This document shows positions 30,740-42,005 of a stretch of 64,000 bases of DNA, piece after piece. The DNA lies in the NCBI RefSeq assembly GCF_009914755.1, contig NC_060926.1; one strand, given 5' to 3'. The notes under the pieces are model-generated. The model saw only the letters and a program-made list of their open reading frames with translations. It was not told where the DNA came from and ran no database searches. Made by a program: the position numbers and the translations under genes. Each line of letters begins with the position of its first letter. Position 1 is the first letter of the stretch. The stretch is from the human T2T-CHM13v2.0 reference genome, Homo sapiens.

Positions 30740-31350
30740 TTGAACATTTGGAAAACTGGGTTTGGTTTTTTCATTATCCTTCACTGGTAAGTTAATGAAA
30801 AGTAGAAATAATTTTCCTCAAAGTGTTTCTTCATTGTCTTTTTAGTACTCAGTGTCTGATGGGAAGTCAAGCGGCCAATCAGATTCCTGCTGTGTGGTGT
30901 ACATGTTTTACTTTTTCTCTCTATGGAAGATTGAGGAAAGTTTCCCTATCCTGGGAGTTCTGAAACTTCACAGGATTTGGAGCTTTTTAAAATTCTAATC
31001 AGCCTTTGTATGTTTTTAATAAGAAGATGTGCCTTCCCTTCTCTGAAGATAATCTTTTTCTAATTTATTTCCTTGTTTCTTTCATTCACTATCACAGTTC
31101 TTTTCACCTGGAACTCTTGTTAGATAAAATCCAGAATATTGTATATTTTTTCCCTTAAAATAATCTTTTCCTTTATTATTCTTCCCTTTGTCTTTTCTTC
31201 TTTTTGTTTCCTGGGACATTTTCTCAAGTTTTATCATCCAGATCATCAGCTAGATCCTTAGGTATATTCATTTTCCTTTCCGTTCTATAAAGTAACATTA
31301 AAAATTTTTATTTTACATTATTTTTCTTTTACTTCTTTTTATATGGTTTC
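30740..31350 (-). mobile_element. Old L1M fragment, antisense
   Basis: gaagttcTGAAACTTCAC-type and T-rich features similar to 1-1100. Confidence 0.4.
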
Positions 31351-31354
31351 TTTA

Positions 31355-31752
31355 TAAACATTTATTGTTATTTTAATTGACAAAATTTGTATATATTTAT
31401 CATGTACAACAAGTTGCTTTGAAATTCTGTATGTATACATTGTTGAATGGCTAACTCCTGCTAATTAACATATGCGTTACCTCTCACACTTACCATTTTT
31501 TCTGATAAGAATATCTAAAATCCATCCTCTCAGCAGTTTTCAAAAATATAATACATTGTTATTAATACATACTGCATGATCTCACTTATATGTGAAATCA
31601 AGAAAAAAGTTGAATTCATGAAAGTAAAGAGTAAAATGGTGGTTACCAGAGGCTGAGGTAGCGGGGAGGTGTTGGCCAAAGGATACAAAATTTCAGTTAG
31701 GGGAAATATGTTCAAGAGATCTACTGTATAATTTGGCGACTATAGTTAATAA
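31355..31752 (-). mobile_element. L1MA 3' end with 5' inversion
   Basis: About 31355-31566 is the antisense terminal 3'UTR; about 31567-31752 is the sense copy of the immediately upstream 3'UTR. Confidence 0.85.
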
Positions 31753-32019
31753 TTCTCTTTTATTTTGGCAGCATTCTCTTCTTTTATGAATACAAGTGCT
31801 TGCTTTTCTCTTAAGTCTGTGCTGTAGATAATTTCTACCTCTGCTTTAGTCAGCCATATGCTTCCCCATTCTGGTATTTTCGTTCACATTTGGTTCATAT
31901 GTTTGGTGGTCTATGAGTCATTATTTCATGAATAAAAACACAACTAGTTTAATTGATATAAGTTGTTTGCATAGGTTTACTCTGCAGATACATAGGTCTG
32001 GTTCCCAAAGTGACTAAGT

Positions 32020-32265
32020 TACGTGTGTGTGTGTGGTATATTTGTGTGTGTTGTGTCAGTCTGGACTAAATTTTATATAATCATAACATGTAATATTATA
32101 TATCAACATATATAAAATATATAACACATACAAATATATGCTGTATTTTGGTGTTTGTTTTGTATGTTTTACTTGTTATATATACCATATATTATGTTTC
32201 ATATGTTGTATATATGCTATATATATATATACATAATGTGGGTATATTTAAATGTGTCTATATGT
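32020..32265. repeat. TA/TG-rich low-complexity tract
   Basis: Directly visible. Confidence 0.7.
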
Positions 32266-32823
32266 GCTTTTTAAAGTCTAAATGTTCCAAATGGTTCTTT
32301 TGCCCCCAAATGTGTCTTCTGTTAGCCTTAAATTCTCATTATTTTAAATATTTTCATGAAGTACACGTTTTTTGCTCTTTTTTGCCCATAAGAATCCTCC
32401 TCCCCAGTCCCACCCCTTGGCCCAAGGAAAACACTTCTAATCTGATTAGTGTGAAGTCAAACAATAGTGAATTCATACTCACTAGCATGCAGATTGAGTA
32501 TGCATTAAATCATACATGTCCATTTTCTCTGTCTCCTTGGTACTTACATAAAGGTGGAAGAGGACTAGGTTTCCAGTATTCGCCATATTATGCTTCATCT
32601 CCTCTCCACTTCCTTCATCTATGTGAACAGTCCAAGAATAATAAACCCTTGAGATACATATTTTGGGGCAACATATAACGTTCTACATAGGCTGCTCAAA
32701 ACTGGAGTTTACAAGAGCGGTGTATTAAGATATCAAGAACTTGTGCAACCCTTAATATTATGTTTTGGTTCTTATTTAGCTGTTATTCTTTTTGTGTATT
32801 GCCCTATTGAAAACTGTTATAAT

Positions 32824-33271
32824 TGATCATACACATTGAGTCATTCTTGTCATATCCAAACTGAAACAGAGTCTAGAAGCTGGGGGAAAAGCACTCAGCT
32901 TATAAAACATTCCTCCAAGAATGTAATTCTCTGCAAGTCTGACTACTAAAATTGCTTGTTGTAACCCGAAACCAGTTTTATCTACAGCTTCTGAGATGAC
33001 TTGCTGCAATGCTAGGACTAATTCTGCCCACCACCATTGCTCACCAATACGAACTTGCCAGCTCCCCAAACACTTACTAGTGTCAGCGAACTTTCTCAAA
33101 GAGCAGTATATAACATATCTCCTTTTTTATAAAACCTCTAGCCTTCTCTTTGTTCTTTGGACCTCCAGAATACCCCCAGTCCATGTGTATGCCTCAAACT
33201 GCAATTGTTTCTTCACAAACAAAACATTAAATTTGGAGATTTATCTTTACATATTTATTCTGACTTTGAAA
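32824..33271 (+). mobile_element. ERV solo LTR (LTR47-like by recall)
   Basis: gagtcattcttgtcat...ctcaccaat (CCAAT)...tataaaa (TATA)...ttctgactttgaaa; ~450 bp. Confidence 0.7.
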
Positions 33272-34015
33272 AGACATAGAAAAAGAGAAAGTATATGAGC
33301 ATGCATTTGATTTAATAAAAGTCTCACTCCTAATTCCTAATTCCTAGTCATGCCCATTCAAGCATTCTACTATGTCTGCATGAATCCATTTAAAACAGTA
33401 AATATTAATGAAGAAAAAATTCTCATTTATCAATTAGCACCCACCAATATTTATTCTCAAGGAGTTATATTCACGATCTAGATTCTCTACATGTGCCACC
33501 AAACACCCCACTTTTACCGCTCCTCATTCTGCTCAGGCTCTTGCATTCAAGTTCTAACTCCACTTACCTTTGTCTCTCTAGGAGAAAGTAAACACACATT
33601 CTAACGCAAGTGAGTATTTTTTGGTACTGATAACATTGAAAAATGTCCAATTCAAAATATAAAATTTCTTTCACATCATTTTATGTCACACTAGTAAGAA
33701 ATACTAGAATTAGTAACAAATTACTTTTCGCCTGCCTCTATTCTGATTGTAACTTACCAATGTGTTTCTACTTCGAGATTGAGAAGTATAGCATTAACAC
33801 GTTGGAATTAATTCCCTGGTTTAACTAGAAAACTGCCAACAAGGGAAGTGGGACATAAATAGTTTGATAAGAATAAAGAAAATCCAAAGCGTTACACTGC
33901 CTGCAAAATGAACAGGTACCTGTACCTGTTCACAAAGTGAACAGGTGAGCAGTCATAGGGCACTATGCTGGTTCATTGCCTAAGACGGCACAGGTAGGCT
34001 TGTCTATGTGTATGA

Positions 34016-34058
34016 CCGATATGTGTGTGCACATATCCGATATGTGTGTGCACATCGG
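34016..34058. repeat. 21-bp tandem duplication with internal palindrome
   Basis: ccgatatgtgtgtgcacatat / ccgatatgtgtgtgcacatcgg. Confidence 0.85.
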
Positions 34059-35339
34059 AGACCTACGGGGAGGTTTGCAGGAGGTGTTATAGAAAACGGT
34101 TGTTTCTTCATCATTTTGCCAAGAGCTCTTGTCCTCCAACCTAACTGTGTCCATACATAGTGGAGCATTATTTGAGTAAATGACTGAGCTCTGGGAAATG
34201 GGTAAATGACCCCAAGGCAGAAAGGTGTAAATAGGCTTGCCTGGGCTTCTGTGTGTGTTACTCTGCTGCTGTGACAACCATTGCTAGCATAACAATAAGA
34301 TCCATGGTTACCTTTATGGTTGTGTTGAGTTGTTGGGGAAAAATTAGAAGAGAATTTGGATCATCTATTCTCAGGAGACCCGTTTGAATCATCAAAGCTT
34401 AATGTCACTTGTCTCTATCTCTTTCAACCATGCATTCCACACACCAATTTGCTTAAATAGTGGATGCACATGCCAAATCTAATTATCCCTTATCTCACAA
34501 AGTCATTAATCATTCCCATCCATTATTCATTGACTACCAATAGCTACTCCAATCTTTAGTACATGCAACTTCAGTGCACATTACAATACCCTGTTTATAA
34601 GTGGCATTTATCTCTGAAACGTACCGCATGGCATTTTTAAGTTAGATGAAATATTCCTGGCATAAAAACTGGTGGTGTGTTTTATGGTGTTCTTCTCGTA
34701 ATCCATAAAATTAGTAATATAAAAAGAAAATGCTCAAGATAATTGTGAAGCTGCAGATAATTATTCATGGTGATGTTAATTAGCACAGTGTTGTAAAAAT
34801 GGTGCACAACCTACACAGTATTCAGGGATCGCAAAGTACTTTGAAAAGAGGTTGTATATTATCCAAAAAAAGCAGAAGGAAAGTGGTGTGAGGGATAGAT
34901 TAGCCTAGTTAAAAGACAAAAACAATGTGAAATTTGGGGTAACTGAAGCATTCTCTAGCCATTTAATATTCTCAACTGCTGCATACTACACAATTCATAT
35001 TGTCCCACATATACTTTAACCTTTTGATTTCCTCTAAAATATTTGAGGGGTACTTAAATAGACACAATGATTAAGTTCAAATCTCATTTTTTTTCCCAAA
35101 AACACTTACACAGTCTATGGGACAGCAGAGATTTGAACACAGATCTCTTGATGGCAACCCAGAGCTATTTCGTTAATGGATTTATTGGATGAAACCAAGT
35201 TTTTTTCAGTGCCTTCTACATAACAAGTTACTATACACAGTGCCATTACATAGCATTTTCAGAAGTCTATTGAAAACGCTAATTATTTATCTATCTTTAT
35301 ATCTATATTTTCATCTATAACCTCTATTTATCATCTATC

Positions 35340-35720
35340 ATCTTTATTTATAGATGAGAAAATTGAGAGTCATCAAGGTTATGTATTTTTCCCAAGCTTC
35401 CTAGTTAATAAATAGGTCTGCCATGATCCTAATCTTAATTTATCAGATTCAAACTGTGATGTGCATATTTCCAAGACTACCTTTTGTTAGTTTCCTGTCT
35501 TGCTGGCAAGTAGGAAGGACATATTCTTTCTTTATAATAAAAATGTTAAGTTTCAAAGATTCCATAGAGAAAACCTTGTCCAAGCCACTTATTTTAAAGA
35601 TAAGAAAACTGAGACTCAGAAAAGGTACTTCTTTACACATATATAATTGTTGTAAACTTTAGGTAAAGCACGCATTTCCTAACTATTGATCTTATTGGTA
35701 TATTTTCTATAACATTATGC
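35340..35720 (-). mobile_element. MIR fragments
   Basis: tatagatgagaaaattgagagtc; gataagaaaactgagactcaga. Confidence 0.6.
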
Positions 35721-35899
35721 TTTCCTCTTGAGAGGCTCACAATTGGAATGTCATACAATCTTTTCCTCTTGTATTTTCTCTCTTTCTAGTTAAAATCAAT
35801 ACATAATGTAACATTGAGCTCAAAACCTTCATCTTCCATAAATTTTTATCAGATTTCTTGTGCACAAAGAATTTATCTTTTCTTGGAACTAATAGAACA

Positions 35900-36125
35900 T
35901 ATACATGATTCAATTAATCTTTTCCATTTGCTGTATCTTTTTATTTATTCTGCCTCATAATCACTCATAGTTTCTTAAACATGTTCATATCTTATCCCAT
36001 GAGCTAGATGACAAAGTTCTGTGAGAAAAACTCGTACACTTCCTGTTTCTACACTCTTCCTGTTGTATTGCCTTGCCATGGTAAGCACTCAATTAGTATC
36101 TGGTGATTGCTTGCTTAATGTTTGA
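35900..36125 (+). mobile_element. L2 3' end
   Basis: gagctagatgacaaagttctgtgag...gtaagcactcaattagtatctg. Confidence 0.55.
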
Positions 36126-36399
36126 CCAGGACAAAGAGTAGATTATTTAGCCTATTTTATTTACAAGGTACAGCAAGTTAAATGATATGTGGTTTTATCA
36201 TTAAAAAGTGAAAAGGGAATTAAGGAGATTGAAAATTCACTGCAATGTTCTGCCTGCTACCATGATGGTGGAAAGCCAAAACAGCAATTTTACCAGCCAG
36301 CTTTTCCTGTGGTGTGTTTCTACACCAATGAGCTCAGTATTTTAACATAAACTGTATAAAAATAACTGCTAGTATTTATACTTCAAAATGTATCTATTT

Positions 36400-36558
36400 A
36401 GTTGAGTGTGATGGTGTTCACCTATAACCCCAGCCACTCGAGAGGATGAGTTGGTAGGAGCACTTGAGTCCAGGATTTCAAGGCTGCAATGAGCTCAGAC
36501 AGCACCACTGCACTCCCGCCTGGGTGACAGTGTGAGAGCCTGTCTCTAAAAAGAAAAA
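36400..36558 (+). mobile_element. Alu monomer (FRAM/FAM)
   Basis: Single diverged right arm; TSD-like tcaaaatgtatctattt / tcaaagtgtctgtattt. Confidence 0.85.
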
Positions 36559-37039
36559 TCAAAGTGTCTGTATTTCTCATATTTCATCACACTTTTGGAG
36601 TACTGACTTGTACATAGATTTCTGAAAACGCTTTGTAAGCTGAACATAAGACAAAAAGAAGATGATGAGAACCAGCCTTATCTTCTTGAAAATAATTACG
36701 AAGCTATAAAAAGAAACAGATACAACTAGACAAGGAACCTTAAGGGTCGGGGAGGGGAGGAAATACTTGGATGCCCTCTCTTCCTTCTGGTCCTCTTCTA
36801 TGTGTATTGATTGCCTCAGACACCTTCAGAGTAATCATATTGTGGAGAGCATGGATGAACATCTAAGAGGGAGAAAATATCAGGATATTAAGTAAAACTA
36901 GGTTTTCAAATGCAATAACCACTCACTGTAGCTTTTCGGGGATGATATTTGCCTGGCAATAACTTTTGATTTAAGAAAAATCTTTTTCACCAAAACCTAT
37001 CCCTTCTCTGAGATGGGTTCCAATCTAGATAAATGGCAA

Positions 37040-37388
37040 AGCTATTCTCCTGTTTACTCAAGACCCAAACCTAGATGTTACTGTTGATCCCTTTCTCTCC
37101 CTTACCTACTATAGCCAATCAATCACCAATTTCTGCTGAGTCTACTCCCAAATATTTCTTGAGTCTTTCCATTTCTTTCCAATCTGTTACTATCACTGTA
37201 GTCTGAACCAATATTATCTTTTACCTAGACCATTTATTTACTCCAAAGTAATTTCTATCACTATCGACCACCAAATAAGTGTGGAAGTTAACAGTGCCAG
37301 CTTTCAAGTCAGACTGCTCACTGGTTAGCTAAGCAATATTAGGCAATTTTTAAAGCTTTTTGTAAGATGAAGATAATAATATTTACCT
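37040..37388 (+). mobile_element. L2 fragment followed by a MIR; the MIR resumes at 42716 after the provirus
   Basis: ccaatcaatcaccaatttctg (L2); gtaagatgaagataataatatttacct | acctcactgggttgttttaaatattaa (MIR). Confidence 0.6.
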
Positions 37389-37684
37389 TGTTACCAGCAG
37401 CAAATGGGTCTGCAGCACTCAATACTTGCCTAACTGGAGGAAAAAATTTGGCTGAGGGCCAGAAGTAGGTTGAAGGCAAAGGGAGAGATAAAGGCAAGTT
37501 TGTTTTTTTGTTTTGTTTTTTGTTTCTTGTTTTGGAGACGGGGTCTCACTCTGTCACTCAGGCTGGAGTGCAGTAGTGCAATCTCTCAGCTCACTACAAT
37601 CTCTGTCTCCTGGGTTCAAGCAATTCTCCTGCCTCAGTCTCCCAAGTAGCTGGGGCTACAAGCACATGCCACCACACACAGCTA

Positions 37685-37721
<37 letters not shown>

Positions 37722-38437
37722 AGTAGAGATGGGGTTTCACCATGTTGGCCAGGCTGGTCACAAACTCCTGACCTTAAGTGATCCACCCACCTCGGCCTCT
37801 CAAAATGCTGGAGTTACAGGTGTGAGCCACCGCGTCCAGCCTAAAGCAAGTTTAAGAGCAGGAGTGAAAGTTTATTAAAAAGTTTTACAGCAGGAATGAA
37901 AGCAAGTCAAGTACACTAGGAAGAGGGTCAAGCAGGCAACTTGAGAAATCCAAGTTCCCCATCTGGCCCTTGACTTGAGGTTTCATACATTGGCATTCAT
38001 CTAGGGTTTGCATTTCTTCTCCCTTGATTCTTCCCTTGGAGCAGGCTGTCCACATGCACAGGGGCCTGGTAGTACTTAGGAGGGGCTGCATGGTCAGTGT
38101 GTTTACTGAAGTTGTGCAGGTGCTCATTTGAAGCATTTTTCCCTTACCAGTAGAGTGTTCCAGAGAAAGGTCATATACCAGTTAAACTGCATCATTTTGT
38201 CTTTTACTGTGCATGCCTGAACCCACTTGCTCAAGTCCTGAGATCTTATCAGGAAGCTGCTAATCACCAGCTTCAGGTGTTTTCTGTCTATTGGGAGACT
38301 GGTGTTGGCTGTGGCCAATTATTGTTTTAGCAAGACAGATTAACAACCACTTGATCATCACCTGATGGTCACCTGACATTCCAGATGGGGGGCCCTCTCC
38401 TGTCCTGCTCGAGTATGCCTACCTAGGTACTCTAGCA
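37389..38437 (-). mobile_element. MER50 3' LTR (contains an Alu)
   Basis: Homologous to 42006-42715; AATAAA on minus at ~37871; degenerate PPT adjacent (38438-38450). Confidence 0.9.
37501..37842 (-). mobile_element. AluS in the 3' LTR, linker replaced by (TG)n
   Basis: Dimer; TSD-like aaaggcaagttt / aaagcaagttt; (TG)n at 37687-37718. Confidence 0.93.
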
Positions 38438-38649
38438 TTTCTGCCCTCAAGAGTACAAGACTCAATTATTTGGTATAATGGATGAAAGTCAGTCTTTTGT
38501 GGTAGTATGTTCTGTGAGTCTTGGTCTCTTGCTAGCTGTCAGGGAAAAGTGGCTCCATGGGTTGGTGAAAGTGGTATCCAGCTAGGTCCAAGGGAGACGG
38601 GCAGGAATTCCACTCTGTTGTGTTTCTCTGATGGGCATTCTAGGGTCTT

Positions 38650-39390
38650 CTAAAAGGATGCCTCTTGAATATTGAGAGGACAGTATCCCTCATTGAGGAT
38701 TATTTGGAATTTGATGGCCTGAAGGCAAGAGGAGACAAATTGGGTTATTGTGCTTAGAAGACATGTACCTGTACCAAAAAGACTAACAAGTGGGCCTAAA
38801 AAGGGAAAATCCCAGGAGAACCATTTCCAGGTTTCTTCCCAATTTAGCCAGTTCTGAGTGTCTTGTTCTCATAAACTGGAAGTTCAATTTAAAAGTTGTC
38901 TGATGTGGTCTTGTACTTTTCCCAATTGATTTACCCCAAAGCAACATTTTTCATCTGAGTCTAAACAGATTTCTCCCTGTGCTGCCAGTAACATATCTAG
39001 GTCTTGACAATTTTGGAGGACTATGGCTGCTAAAGAGTCAATTTGTTGTTGCATAGTTGTTAAAGTTTTATCCATGTCATCAGTGTTGCTGGGTATTTCC
39101 TTTGAGAGTTGGCTATAGGCCAAGGAGGCTTTTGTGATTCCAGCAATTCCAGTACCCATACCAGCTATAATGCCAAGTCCTATGAGAAGGGGGGTTAATT
39201 GGATAGACCTCCTCATCCTGGGAAGGATGGAATGCCTCTGGATTGGTGCTGGAAGAGAGAGACTCCTGGGGATTTGAAGATGTCAGGGATACATAGGCTA
39301 TGGTACAAGTTCCAGACTAGTTAGTCAGAAGACATTGGGGAACTGATTGGACACAAATATAGAAGGTTCCTTGGACTTAAAGACAAGGAG
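38650..39390 (-). pseudogene. env remnant (SU C-terminus plus TM), syncytin-2/HERV-FRD-like
   Basis: RMRR furin site, fusion peptide PLLIGLGIIAGMGTGIAGITKASL, ISD LQNCQDLDMLLAAQGEICL, CX6CC, WLNWEETWKWFSW, tail ...NIQEASF*; stops and deletions. Confidence 0.9.
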
Positions 39391-40029
39391 CCTTCTATAT
39401 TTGTGGAGAGGGTAGAGATGTCAAAACACAATAAAGTCTGACCCTTTCTAGCATAGCTAGGGGGCATGCCTAACTCTGTATGTTCCCATGCCTTGCCTAG
39501 AATTTAATGGATTTAAAGCAGGCAAGCAGTACAGTTACTAAGAGTCACAGTAGCAGTTTATACTACTAAAGCATTTAGTAGACCTAATAACCTTTACAAT
39601 TTTACATTTTTTTAAATAAATTCCCTTTCACAATTTGTTTATGACTTACATAGGTCACCTACAACATACTTGGATGATTTGACTTGTCCTAAACATCCCT
39701 CTTTGTAAACAACTAGTCATTTTACTTTAGGACAAGAATGTACCATGCAAGATCACTTCTCATATAAAATCTATTTTCTTTATAATCTTTCTTACCAAAA
39801 AATCTCTTTACCTTTATAACCTTTGAATTAGACTAAAGTAATTTTCCTTCTGTTAAGAAGTTATGTTGCTGTGCAAGTACTACGAAGAGGGAGAAGATAA
39901 GGAGATTATCTGAATACTTTAGAAGTTATTCTCCCTCAAGGGATTGCTCAGTTAGATTTCTTACTAGGGCTTCTCTGAGTAAACATGGACTATTTCTAAA
40001 CCCTTGAGGTAGGACTATCCAGGTTGAAG

Positions 40030-40830
40030 TTAAAGATTTAGGTAACTTTCCCAGGAGAAATAGGGCTACTAGAGGGAAAGATTAATTCAGAGTTTGGGTA
40101 GATATTAAGCAGGCACCCATCCCAAAGGGGTGTGGGGCTTTTAGACATTACCTGGTACTTATGTAAGAATAGTAATTGGCCCCTAAGTAATATAAAGGTG
40201 TGTGAATCTTTTCTTTTCGAGGGAAGTGATACCATTTTCCCCCATTACCCAACAGGATTTGGAGGAGAGTTGCTTAGAGAAGGAGATTAGCACAGACTAG
40301 GCAGCTCTCGAACCCAAAAGAGAAATTTATAACTACTTCCTGCCTCCAGAGTTGCCCTTGGCTTTGTCCTGTTGATGGCCAGCAATGTCTGATCTGGGAG
40401 CTAGCTGGAGCTGGAACCCCTTCAGTTTAAGGCCTTTATTGGATTGGAGCCTGGCCCAGGGGCATTTTTGGCTCTTGGAACATCCTTTTTCCAGTGGCTG
40501 AGCTTGTGGCAGAGGGGGCAGGCTATGTGGGGGTTTCTCCCATTTGGCCCATTTGGGCAATTCTTTTTCCAGTGGTCTGGTCTTCTGCACCAATGGTAGT
40601 TATCTAGAGGAGTGTCCTTACAGCAACCTGGAGGGGGCTGGTGGGCTTGCAGAGCAGCCAGTAGTTAAGACTCCCTCCTGTTTGTGCATTTCTCCTTCTC
40701 CTTAGCCCTGTCCTCCTTATTCTGCTCTAGGTTTTGAAAGACTGAGGAGGCTAATTTGAGTATTTCTTGTATAGGGGCACTGGGTCCTGAGGCTGACTTT
40801 TGTAATTTTCTACCAGATCATTTTTAGGCT
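40030..40830 (-). pseudogene. gag C-terminus / protease-region remnant
   Basis: YHWCRRPDHWKKNCP at ~40555-40600 is a CCHC knuckle with the first Cys lost. Confidence 0.65.
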
Positions 40831-40944
40831 GAACAGTATTACAAAGGAAAACTAGATTTTTGCTTTAAGATTTGGGGGGATCAAAATTTTCCCAGGTTTG
40901 GGTATGCATCGAAGGGTCATGTCCTGTGGTGTGCAGACGCAATT

Positions 40945-41320
40945 AACTATATGTGCAGAAAGAACAAAGGAGAGAAGAAAATGAAGACATCCTTTCTAGT
41001 TTTCCTAACATCTTTTTCCTGCACTTATGGCAGACTGGAGTGAACAGAGTGTTCCCCATTCATCCTAGGGGTTCCAGAATGAACCAGTGCTTACTGGGTA
41101 CCCATAACCTTGGTCCCATCTTGTTTTATGAAGGTACAATTAACCATTTGTGAAGATACAACACATGAGAGAAGAGAAGAGGAGGGCACCCTCCCACCCC
41201 TGTTTTTCCCTGAATCCTTTGCCTGTGGCAGATCAGAGTGAACAGGGTTTCCCCCATTCATCCAAGGGGCTCTGGAATGAACTAGTGCTTGCTGGGTACC
41301 CCTAACCTTGGTCCCATCCA
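40945..41320. repeat. ~200-bp tandem duplication in the proviral leader
   Basis: ggcaga...agtgaacag...cccattcatcc...gggtaccc.taaccttggtcccatc occurs twice, ending ~41120 and ~41318. Confidence 0.85.
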
Positions 41321-41982
41321 ATTTCTGGGACCAGCCTTCATCTCTGTCCTACAGGTACTTTGGTCTCTTATGCCTGTGGCCTTGGGCCAGCCTATATCTT
41401 TGTTGCCAAGACCTTACAGTGACTCTTGTTCAGAGCATTCTAGAAGTTACAAGAGCTGGCAGAGCCAGAGGTCCAATTAGTGTGTGTCCTGGCAATGAGC
41501 CGAGACACATCTATGAGAAAGCCCATTTCTTTGTTGCCACACAATGCAGCAAAAGCTGTGGACATATAAATAACAAACTGGGAATGTGGTCCTGAAGGAG
41601 CACAAGACCATTTCAGAATACAGACAGACAAAACAGGAGAATAGGCAGTGCAGGTTTTCAGGAAACAAGCAGAGGAAACCTTGAACATTACACGGCCTTA
41701 GGCTTTAGCCCTACCACTCTCAGGAGCCTCCTGTCCAAGAGGGCCATTAGTGCCTCAGGTCTACTCTGTGCAGACTCCAAGGTCCTTCCCAACCCCATGA
41801 GTCACTCATCAGGGGGAGCTGTGAGATCAGCTGAGAACAAAGCCACTGTGACCAAGAGGAATCATTCTGGGCATTGGTTAGTAAGCAGGAGAGTGAAAGG
41901 GGAGAAAGAATCCATGTACAGGGGTTGTACGCCCTCAGCCAAAGAAAGCAAGGCATAGAGGTGTCTTACCACTAGGGAATGT

Positions 41983-42000
41983 GCCTGAGTCACAGCACCA
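41983..42000 (-). promoter_or_regulatory. Primer-binding site, tRNA-His type
   Basis: TGGTGCTGTGACTCAGGC versus His PBS TGGTGCCGTGACTCGGAT; two of the four differences are CpG decay; 5 nt from the 5' LTR. Confidence 0.8.
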
Positions 42001-42005
42001 ATGTA

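Noticed and set aside
32148-32678. Longest ORF (176 aa)
   Set aside because: Begins in TA/TG low-complexity sequence with a non-ATG start; no domain or splice context
38884-39216. The ERVFRD-1 (syncytin-2) gene itself
   Set aside because: SU mostly deleted, in-frame stops and a damaged anchor; this is a paralogous remnant
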